DNA of 64,000 nt, taken from Hyphochytrium catenoides. Taxonomy: Eukaryota; Protista; Hyphochytriomycota. Below the pieces are notes generated by a model. It did no database searches. It had not been told where the DNA came from and saw only the letters and a program-made list of their open reading frames with translations. The position numbers and the translations under genes were made by a program. Location of the stretch: the NCBI GenBank assembly GCA_900088475.1, contig FLMG01000261.1, positions 124,001-188,000 on the forward strand, given 5' to 3'. Of this stretch, positions 13,276 to 24,100 are shown piece by piece. How positions within the stretch are numbered: position 1 is the first letter of the stretch; the number at the start of each line of letters is the position of its first letter.

Positions 13276-15317
13276 GGTCCCTGTTATAGTTGCAAGATCA
13301 CAAATTGTGGAGTGAAGTAGCAGCGCAAGAGTTCTTCCGCCACAGTGGGTGGCAGTCTTTTACAATATACCAGCTTTCTTCTTTCTCGTCACTAGGAGGG
13401 GCACAAGCGGAGCTTTATTGCGAAATAGTTCATCTCCTAGAGACGGCTCCCGGTGGACGGAGTGCAGACTCTTATTATTAGCTGGCAGAAAGCTCCATTA
13501 CAAGTCAGAAGCACACAAAAGAAGAGGAATCTGCAACGACACAGCAGGATTCTGATCCGACAACTGAAGAAAATCCAACAGGCAAGGCAACTTGACCAAA
13601 ACAGGCACTGTGGCGAAAGATCTTTCAGTCTCGTATGAAAGATTACTACGAAATGAACTACGACACATGATTGACTCAGTTATCAAGGAAGGTCGTTACA
13701 GAATGCACTGCGAAGCTCCCCATCATCACCTACTGCTCATCCTACTTTCCGCTCTTCAATCATTAGAAATAGCTGCCCCTCCCCGCTGTCTGCGTCAATC
13801 CGCTCCACATCTTCTCAATAAAGGAAATGAAGCAAAGCAGGCTCAAGGAAGGCAAAGCTGACCAAGGAAAAGGTAAAGCTGATTGGACAGACACCCTATT
13901 TTGGGACTTGAGCAAGTTCAGAAATAGAGCAGTAATACCCTGTGCGAATGATGGTGGCAGGACAGGAGTGCGACGGACCGCAAACTTCCTCGTATAGAAC
14001 AATGTCAGCATGCATTGTGGCAGATCCTTCTCCTTGCTTCCTGGCATACAGCGTAGGATGCCTAATAATCGCTAAGCTGCCGCGGCCGATATTACAAGCA
14101 TGCATCTCGTCCTGCTACTTCTCTTTCCTGACTAATTGCAAATCCCTCACTATCACCTGTACGATCAGAGTTGTCTCTCTCACCCTTGTTGAACGCTATT
14201 ATTAAACTGTTGAACCTTATTCTATTGCCTTTGCGTATACTCACACGACTGGCAACGCAGAGTACTTAGGTCAAAGTTTATCCTCCGATCCCCCTCGCTC
14301 GGCGGAAGCTATAAATAAGAGAGGTCCTCTCCAATGCTGACCTTAGCCTCCTTGTCAACCATAAGTTGGAGTCTCCTTAGAAAAGAGAGTCACAAATGGT
14401 AGTCTCAAACAACCATTAGTAGATAGAGAAGACCAGGTATGGTTCGTTACTAATGAGGAAAGTACTTGAGTAGGCTCCTGGGAGATTATAAGCTCCTCCT
14501 TCCCTCGTGCTCCTTCTATACTATCCATCAACTCCTGCTCGGTGGCTTTGCTCTCTCGCATCTATCCTTTCATTATCAAAATTCTCAACAGCCCAACAGC
14601 CAACCGCAATAGCAAGCAAGCAATAGCAACCAACAACAACTCCTCAAACTGCAACCATGCCTCGCGCTCAACCCGTCGATCTGGCCAAGCAGACCAAGAA
14701 GGTGCAGAATAGACTGAGAAGAGAGCAGGATAGGGAGATGAAGAACCATCCTCAACCTCCACGCTCTCCTCGTAATATGAGCAACGTTCCTGGCAAGAAG
14801 CTTAACGTTGCTAGCCACCAACAGATTTCCCGATAGAAGCCAAAACGCACTGGGAGGAGGTACAACCAGGATCAAGGCGGATCTGTCCCAGTTCTGTCTG
14901 TCCTCTAGGTTGATGACGAACTGTCCCTTACACTAAGTAAACTGAGACCTAAGCGATATATAACCTAACGGATATAAGTTATTGCTTTATTTACAAGCTG
15001 GATCTTCACTTCGGCCTTGTTTACTCCTATTTAGCCACCTCGTTTCTGGCAGACTTTCCCTTGGGTCACACTCTCCTAGAGACTGGTTTTGTGAGAGGCG
15101 TGGCCTCACTATACTTGCAGGTCTAACTCATGCTTCTCTGCTACATCTCAGCTTCACCTAAGAACGTTCTCCCCCCTTTTCTTTTCAGTGAGGTTTGACA
15201 TATCCCCTCATCATCTAGACTCTAGTATATAACCATGACAAAGTTTGAGACAGAGAGGTATGACCTTTTTGATGTCATTATTAAAAGGTGGATAACTGCA
15301 GCATAAGGTCGTGGTGA

Positions 15318-18300
15318 CTAGTTTCCTCTGGTACTCCTGGTAGTAGGGGAGACTGGTTCTCTCTCCTCTTCGTCTTGGCCCTCCTCAGAGTCTTTCTTCT
15401 TCTTCTCTCTGTTACCCACCATCCAACTGCCAACAGACCTAAGCTTTTCGAACGATCGGACGGTCCTTAAAGTCACATACTGCGGCACCCGAAAGCCCTC
15501 AGGTGCACTTCCCCTTCTTGTCGGTCCGTTGATTGACAATCCAGAATAGGCAGATGACGAAAGAAGCGAGTTCAAAGGAAGAGTGCGGCTTGGAGAAAGA
15601 GTAGCGCTCTCCTTGACGTAGCCCGCATCCCTACCCTCTCTTGTTTCTTTATCAGTTACTGGTTCCTTCCCTGGTAAGAGATCCGATCTCCCTTCCTCTT
15701 CTTCGCCAGAGTGATCATCATCATCCAGGTCTACATCTTGCTCCTCTTCCACTTCGGCATCTATCACGTCACCAAGAGAAAGAGGAGCCAGCGTGCTGAA
15801 AGTCTCCATCTTACTCTTCTCTGCCTCCGCTTCCTTTTTTGGGATGTTTGCGCTATCATTCTTATGGCTCTTATCGCTATTCGCCTTTCGATCTGTAAGT
15901 TGACCCTTCTTCTCGTCTCCGCGAGAAGGGCTGGTGTCAAAGTCTGAGAAGTAGTCTTCCTCAAACCTGCTGAGTCTCTTCGTGCTAGTGGGCGAGTGCG
16001 GCCGGAACAAAGAGGAAATAGACGACTTTAGCAATGCTGTGGGTCTCCTTTCAACAGTATTTCCGTGTCGTTCTGAGTCTAAGAATTGCTCCAACGGAGA
16101 GGGAGAAGAGAAGAAAGAACAAAGTTCTAAAGCATCCTTTAGACAATCATCCAGTTTAGGATCCTGGGAAGAAGAAAGCGTTAGCAAACTTTACAGATAA
16201 GGGAAATGAGGAGACGCCACCGCAAAATCAATAGGCATGATGGTCCAACAGGTGTGCCACTTCACGCCACTACTTGAACGACAACAAAATAGCAAACTAA
16301 GTCAAGCAATCACTCTTCGGAGAGTGATATGATATTGATGCAGAAGGGAAGACCATGAGTGCTACAGCTTGTGAACACTGACAAAAAAGAGAATAAGGCA
16401 CATGCGAGTGTTAGAGGCCGCTGAGTATATTCCTGTCCTTCATGGATCCTTATTATCTTACCATGGGCGGCTTCCATGGAGGGAGGAATTGACGGACATG
16501 CAGGAGATCCCAATCCATACCCTGAAAGTAGGCAAGAGCCCTAATCTCTCCTTCTACCTTTCCTACTCGCTTCGAAGGGTCTCTTACTAGGAGCTGTCGC
16601 CATTAGAGCGGCAAAGAGAAAGATTAGACTCAGACTCAGAGCAAGATAAGTAAAAAGCAGATAAGAGTAGGGTTGCTCCTTCATTGCCTTTGCTAGTGAC
16701 GTACTGTCCTCTCCTTTAAGTTCTTACTCTGCCACACATAGTGGAACCTACCAGCTTCAAGATCTCCGCCAAGTCCTCCTTGAAGGTGGTCGAAACATCA
16801 GGGAGTGTTATCTCCATTTCCCTAATATTCTGAAAAATTACTGGGAGACTGCCTTGGGCCTTTTTCGAGAAAGGGTTATGCCCGACATTCATCTCGTACA
16901 TTAGGACACCGAGAGCCCACCAATCCACTTGATAGCCGTAGGAGGAGGCGTGTTCTAGCATTTCTGGGGCCATATATTCTGGTGTACCTGTGATTGTGCT
17001 GGCTCCAGAGAGAGACGAGGTGGCTGTGGCACAAAGTCCGAGGTCTATCAGAGTAAGATATCCGTCTTCATCTATCATCAAATTCTCGGGCTTCAGATCC
17101 CTTTACCAGGAAGTGGACACGATAACAGAGAGACATGGGGTAAATTTGGCTCCTTGATGCATCATCACGTTCCATCCTATTGGCCCTTCACGATTGATAC
17201 CAGTTTGGTTGTACTTACTCCCATTCTTATCCTCACAAGTTGACTTCTTGTCTCTTATTCCCGCAATGGTGGCGGCTCCTCTCATTAGTTAACCTCGCCC
17301 ATAGTGACTGCTTACCTGTACGCAATCTCTTGAGCATGAAGGTAATCTAGGACATCTACAAGCTGGGCTGCGTAGAACTTGGCAAGATCGTAGTTTAGCC
17401 GTCCAGCCTTACTCTTCATTAGGTCATACAAGGTGCCACCTGGATAAAACTTGCTAACGAGGAAGAGATGATTCTCACTCTTAAAGTTCCACAGGATTCT
17501 AGATACAAACGGGTGACGAAGACAACGCCCCAGTCGCAGCTCGCGCACCGTCGCTTCTCTCTCGCCTTCGCAGTTTAGTTGCGCCTTGGATATGCACTTT
17601 AGCGCATACTTATTTGTGTCATGAGCTCTAGTGGCAAGGATGACCTGTAGCAAGCGGTACCTCAGTGCATTATTACGAGAGGTATCATTAACAGACAAGG
17701 CCATGGTATGGACAAGGATTGCAAGGCACGCACAAAGAAGGCAAAGATAGGAGGTGGATTTGATACGGTTTAAGGACTGAAATGTCTTGAAGCAAACTAC
17801 GTCCCCCGGACGATGTGCTGCCTGTGTACAAAGGACATTTACTATCGGACGGAGGAAACGACAACGAAAGGCATGATGCGTCTCAATCATAGATACCTTT
17901 CCATAGCCTCCCTGTCCCACGGCTTTATGTAGCTTGAAATCATGGATTGAGATGTGTAGTGCTCGTATCGACCGATAAGAAGGAACTCGAGGTTCAGAAG
18001 AGAGACGGGAGGGACCATGCCGGACTCTTGAACTGACTCTAGAGAAGAATTCCTGACAGGAAAGGCTTGGGGAGGAACCTAAGGGGGAAGTTGAAGGCGA
18101 AATATCTTGAAAGGTGAAGAAAATGAGGGATACACGATGTAGGAAGTCCAGTCTGTACTTGACGCTCAGCTCTATCCTTGCCTCCTAGTAACATGAGTGC
18201 AAGAAGTCATAATGCCATATAGAAGGGTAAGAGACAGTGAACAGTGGGATGTGGAGCGGTAGCAGTGAATTGTAACAGGTGGAAAGTTAGACGAGTGCAG

Positions 18301-19980
18301 CAGACAACATGGGTGCAAGAAGTCACAATGCCGTATAGAGGGGTAAGAGACAGTGAACAGTGGGATGTAGAATGCCGGTGGCAGTGAATTGTAACAGGTG
18401 AAAAGTTAGACGAGTGCAGCAGCCAAGACGGTAAAGCTCCTTCTTATCTCAGGCGTACCGTTTGCCTTCCTTGCTCTTTATGTACCAGGTGCACAACGGA
18501 CCTAATAGTACATTCCGCATCCATGGCTTCTTCCGCACTTCCGGAGGAGGCAGATAGAGAGGAAGAAGTGGCTGATGAAGTCGAGAAAGAGTGTATGGAG
18601 AAGCATCTCTTCATCTCTTCAACGAAATGGATTAGCCCCTCTCTTCCATTGAATACTCCAGAACACTCCAGGTTCTCTGGCATGTTTGACGACACGACCA
18701 CATCTATTCGGCAAAACGCACTTGGTGAGATCATTGCTGGCGAAGGAACACTATGAAATTCATTGTCATAGACGCATGGTAATTTCAAGGGTCTAGATTT
18801 GTCCATAGTGGATAAGCATGGATGAGTTAAGTGAAAAAGGCACCTAATAGAGAGAAAGGAGCGGACGGTAGCTGAAAGACAGCGAGGAAACGGAGAGAGG
18901 GCTACAGGAGGAATGGCAATTGCCATGGGTTTAAGAAATCACGTCAAACTTTCTTTGAGGAGGACAAGGGACAGCTTTAGGGGAGCACACAAACACGGTC
19001 GAGACTCAACGACGGAAGCGGTCAACTATCTTCTCTGCTCACCCTTAGAAATAGCTTTAATATTCACTAGCACGTCCTCTTCTGACCTTGCCTCAGGGAG
19101 GGACAAAATGGTCTCGTGAATCGCTTGTGGTACAAGCCCTTTAAGGTTGGGATAGCGCAGAAACGAACGGTAAAGAGAGCAAGGTTGACAACTAGGAAGT
19201 GCCCTAAGTCGGCAGCGGTGAGAGCTTCCTATGCTTGCCTAATTGTTGAAGTGAGGAGTTCGGATGGGACAGGAAGAGTTCTTAGAAGAGGTAGGAGGAT
19301 TTCAAGCAACCAACACTTGACTCGAAAGGAGCAGACGTCAGAGTCTATGGAGACATGTAGGGACAAGTCCAAGGGACGACAAGCAGCAGGGAACCGGGAT
19401 GCAATATAGGGTAGGTCCCCACAAGCACATGGGCTTCCTAAAGAATACTAGTGGGGTATGGAACCTTATGACGCCGATGGCACATGAGAGATCAGTCAGG
19501 GCGGGTCTTACCACTAGAAACGCGAGCCAGACGAGAGAAAGAAGCTCTGTTTTAGCTCTAAGAGTGAAAGCTCCATCTAGCGTCCGTACCACAAGCTCGC
19601 GCGCGTTGAGACCTCTAGAGGCTGACACAACCTGCGAAGAGAACTTCGGCCGCCTCCTGGCCACTGCTTTCGCTTTCGTCCTATACACTGCCCGTGGAAG
19701 CATCAGCAAGAGAAAGAGAAGCCGCTTGGAAGCAAAAAAGGAGGCTAGGCGAATGACAAAGAAAGGACACATCTTGGGGAAAGGTTCCTCATGCTGAGCA
19801 GCAGAACTCCCGAAAGGCAGAAATTTGCTGACCTGATAAAGTGAAGCCCTGAAGAGTGCAAAAGCATCTTCGGAAGAGAACGTCATTCCTCCTCTCAAGG
19901 TCACCCTCCCACTCGATATCACCATGAAAATGGTGGGAGGTTGAGCTGAGGCTGTCGTCGTCTCTTCTCATTTCTCTCAT
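15318..19980 (-). CDS. AGC-group (S6K/RSK/PKA-like) Ser/Thr kinase with N-terminal SnoaL/NTF2-like domain and long disordered C-terminal tail
   Basis: Kinase motifs VGQGGYGK, YALKCISK, HPFV, YRDLKPEN, DLG, GTPEYMAPE, DWWALGVLMYEM, LLVRDPSKR, DWDLL..PPW (about 18053-16461). Tail exon about 16166-15318. Candidate 5' exons ~19980-19833, ~19138-19043, ~18704-18459 and 18185-18160. The 5' end is less certain than the kinase core. Confidence 0.85.
18190..18422. repeat. Intronic tandem duplication, two diverged copies of about 115 bp
   Basis: aacatgagtgcaagaagtcataatgcc...gttagacgagtgcagcag (18190-18303) recurs as aacatgggtgcaagaagtcacaatgcc...gttagacgagtgcagcag (18306-18422). Confidence 0.92.
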
Positions 19981-20427
19981 CCTCCGATATCATCAAATCG
20001 GCGAAGGTTAAGCTTTCTAGCTAATAGCGTTCTCGCATTATGCTGTTGGATGCGACGTAGGCTCTCCTTGGAGATGTGACGGAGGGAAGCAAACCGAGGG
20101 AGTAACTCCACTGCCTAGCGCCATGCGCAGCAAGCGAGAATGCCCAGCTGGACAACACTCAGGATGAGAATCAGGGTTCACTCTTGAAGGGATGAAACAT
20201 CTCCTGTCGCATAAAAGAATTTTACTTAGCTCCTTGCGTCAGGTCTATCATCCAACTTCGAGGACGTCGGATGAGACAGGCTCTGCACTTCATTACTAAC
20301 AAGACCGATTGGTCATGTCAGAGTCAACCTGACAAAGTACGGGCCAGGAAGAGTGTAATGTCAGCAAGGGGTAATTGCGGGATCAGAGAGAGAGGGACTG
20401 ACAAGAAAGAGGGAATGTGTGCGAGAG

Positions 20428-20433
<6 letters not shown>

Positions 20434-20468
<35 letters not shown>
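20434..20468. repeat. (AG)n microsatellite in intergenic region
   Basis: Perfect AG dinucleotide run followed by a degenerate purine-rich tract. Confidence 0.95.
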
Positions 20469-20471
<3 letters not shown>

Positions 20472-21192
20472 AGAGTTAGACGGAGAGAGAGATAGGGAGA
20501 GCGAGAGAGAGGGAATGAAGAAAGAGAGAGGTTGTCAAGAAGGAACTGCAGATCCAGCGGGAGCTAACGAGGGACTGGAGGAGGAGGAGTTGGAGGCCAG
20601 AAGTTCTAAAGACCGTTACATTTCAGGCAACTACTGAACATCTTCATGAGAGCCCTTTCCCGCGACTGATAACTACTAAGTCCCAGCGTCATCAGTCCTA
20701 AAATCGCTTGTTTAGTTATCACCCGCTGACGATGCCATCAAAGAATGATGGGCGTTACGATGATGTTCCCTCTCCTCTCGCTGCTCCTCCTCTGAAGAAA
20801 GCTTCTTTTTGACAACTTGTTCCGTGCCGGTCTCTCCTTGTGGCGGACGTCTCTTCCCCTCTCCTGCATTGTTTGTCAATCCTCTTGCCACTCTCATACC
20901 CTTTCATTGCCTTGGTCTCCTACTGCAGCAACCCGGGAGCTCACCCTTGAGTTATCCTCTCCTTGCTCCTTGTACTTAGCTCCAGAGATACCTAGCGACG
21001 GCGAGAGCTTGATGCAGTTGGTTTTGGGGAAGCAATCCCGAAGCCATGCCTTGTGATAATGAGCACAAGGCCGCCGCTCTGACCACATTAGAGATGAGGA
21101 CCTTATCTAGAGATCCTCTCTCTAACCGACGTTCCACAGAAGCTGAGCACAGATGATGGAGGAGAGAGAGGGATAAGCATAGTGCGGGGGAA

Positions 21193-24100
21193 ATGAGTGA
21201 TCTTAGGCTTGAGGAGGTCATCCTCCTTGAGACTATGAACACTCAGATGAAGGAGGAGTCGGAACAGGTGAAGATTAACGGCCTGCTCACTGCAGCCGGA
21301 AACCCAGACTTTGATTTCCTCCTTCGAACAGCTCCACACCGTCGCCGCCCTCTCTTCCCGGATGTCCCCAGTAAAAGGAGCAAGCCATCAAGACAGAGCC
21401 CGTCCAAAGGTCTGCGAGGTAAGGGAAGACCGGGGATCTTGGAGGGAGCAGTCGGCATCATCTTCTAAGAATTCGGGCACTTCTGGGCTGATGTCGCCCT
21501 TTACTCTAAAACATGAAGTTGCCAAATCTTACCCTTGAATTAAAGAGCTTTTCCTTTGATATATTCTTTCAACCTCATGCACCTCATCTCTGGCTCCTAT
21601 CGGTCCGTCCGTATATTCGTCTCTGTTCAAGACAGCTCAGCACTATCCAACATATTGAACTCTTGCTATCCAGGAAATCAACAAAAGGCACCGGAAGAAG
21701 AAGAAGACGAACGCTTTTGCTTCCCTTCCATCCCCAAGCGCGCGCGGGGTCCAAGCGGTGATATATTAGAGCGAGAAGCAAAGAAGAGAGATGGATCCCG
21801 ACTAAATGAGTTCAAAGGAAGAGGACGGAAATGTATGGACACACACTATTGTTATCTCATTCTCTGAACCTAAATGCCCTTGCCACAGCGTCATCTCTGA
21901 GAGGAGTGGAAGGGACAGGCCGAGAGAATAGATCGTCCTTCCCTTTTGGCACTTCCCCCGCAATTACCTTTACCAAGGCGGGGACTGGGCGTTTGCCATG
22001 TTCACCTGGAGACGAAACAGGTGACGAAACTTTGTCGTTACGTACCTTTACTCCTTTTGCGACGGGTTCCCCATGCCTTACTCGCCCATCTTCCCATTAA
22101 CTTTCTGCTGTAGTGGACCCAGACCTTATTCCAGAACTTGAGGGAGTCGTCCTCACTTCCATCCAGCCTGGAATCTACAAGATCACAAGTCAAAAGACCC
22201 GGCTAGCTCATTTCGGTCAGCTTGCTCCTATTACCCGGCGCCCTCCCTCTTCTCTTCTCTCTAACCGCAGTTGACTGTCTTTCCTCGGATATCTCTGCTC
22301 CCTTGCACTCTCGTATCAGGAATAACTTGGAACATCGAAACCTGTGCTTCTGAGATCAGGAGATCGTTGGCAGAAGGAACTCATCCGCATCAGAGGCTTA
22401 TGGCGGAAGTCGAGAGGGAGGGTCTTCATTCAATAGTGATAGAAGTTATACAGGTTTACTTAGCGTGGGACTTCATCAAGTCCACTACGAACTCCTTACT
22501 CCTCTTAGTCCTATATGGTCCTTCTTTTTTCTCCTTGTCTCCGTGGCTAATCACTCTTCTTTCATCCTTTGTGGGCATTACCTTTCTACTCGTCACCCAG
22601 CTTCCGTTGCAGAGGTATTACCCAGTTACGTCGTTCGCCTTCGTCATTAAGACACCAGTGCTCTTGTTGCTTTCAGGCCGTTAGAGTCCCGTTCAACTTT
22701 GACTTCAGACAAACAGAAACATTGCTTCAGCGAAAGCTCTCACAGTTCCAGTATCAGCATGCTCTTAAGTTGTTTGTTTGTGTCAATTCGGTCTATAAGA
22801 GGAATAAAACCAAGGTGACTGACGTTCGTTCGCATTTGCCCATCAATATCCTGAACCTTTGATTTGCCTGACGGATTGATGGTCTCGTGGTTGCTTCTTG
22901 GCTTACTTCAAGCCTGTTCACTACGCCACTAGCAATTTTACATCTGAAATAGTTTTGCGATTTACCACCCTCTTGGTCTCCCTTGAGTCTTATATATTCC
23001 ATAAGGCTCTCTGACCTGTTACCTGATGACATCCCCTCTCAGCCTGCGTTGTCTTCCTGGAGGACCAGAGTGCATTATCAAAAAGAAGCAGAGTTAGATG
23101 CTGCAGTAATCCACATCCAGGTGCCCCCAAGCCCAAGAATTTTACACACGACGCCCTCTCGTGTTCGGATTATCAATCTTTCTAATGTTCGCTCTTCCTC
23201 TTTGGTGACTGTTTAAGACAATCTTCCATGATTTGTAGGTTTATCATCTTGCGTCTCTATTCCGTCGCGTATTGATCTAGACACCATTGACTACGTCTTC
23301 TGTGGCCATGTCTTCATTGCTTTCAGTGTGAAGATGTTTGTATAGCTCGTAGACTCTACTGTATCTGCCTAATCTTGGACTGAAATGGATCGCGTGTTGT
23401 GGCAGTCCTTCTGGCGAGGTATAATTCATTCTCGCTTGGCGAGGGAAAGAAAGAAAGAATGGGCGGTCCGTCTCATCCAGAGGTTCTTTAGAGGTTATCG
23501 AACGCGCTGCTTTTACAACGAAGTCAGAGGATGGACTAAACGCATCCGCGCTGCCACTCATATACAGAGGGTCTACAGAGGCTTTTTAGATAGACGATTA
23601 GGTAAACTGTAACCCAGCTTTTGTGGGACGATCCGTCGTCGTCTTCATCGCTATGCTCATTGTCTCACGTTGTAGAAGCCGCTTTGTCCCTCTTTATCAT
23701 CGACCTACATAGCTAACAGTTTTCGTGCCTATCTGTCTTGCATCTCTCTCCACGCCTCGTCTTATATACCTCCTGCGATTCCAGTGCGACCACCATGTCG
23801 CCTCGGCCTTCATCCCATCTTGTTTATCATCTCCTCCACCAAAGCGTTTTGGTTGATTGCTTGCCCTGCTGAGTTTCCCTTTGTACCCTAGCCACCAGGT
23901 TCCGTCGATATTATACCCACAGAAAGGCTGCCATCACTATTCAAAGCGTCGGAAGAGGCTTCTTAGTGAGGTGGAGAAGGAAGAGACATCAAGAATCTGT
24001 GAAGAAGGAAGCGGCGGCTCTGGAAATTGGGAGGATCTGGAGAGGCCACAGAGCTAGGTCTTTTGTGAAGAATATCAGACGGCTTGAGGGAAGAAAGGTC

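Noticed and set aside
19338-19925. Overlapping 195-aa and 132-aa ORFs
   Set aside because: They show no recognisable motifs and lie mostly within the inferred first intron of the AGC kinase.
20419-20637. ORF with RE repeats
   Set aside because: It is a translation of the (AG)n microsatellite.
21901-22020. Possible extra exon of the IQ gene
   Set aside because: The flanking exons (ending 21832, starting 22114) already join in phase 1, and I see no convincing acceptor for this stretch.
22114-22750. Free-standing mobile homing endonuclease or Penelope-type element
   Set aside because: The GIY-YIG-like segment is split by spliceosomal introns, is in phase with host exons, lacks the catalytic Arg, and has no adjacent reverse transcriptase or terminal repeats.
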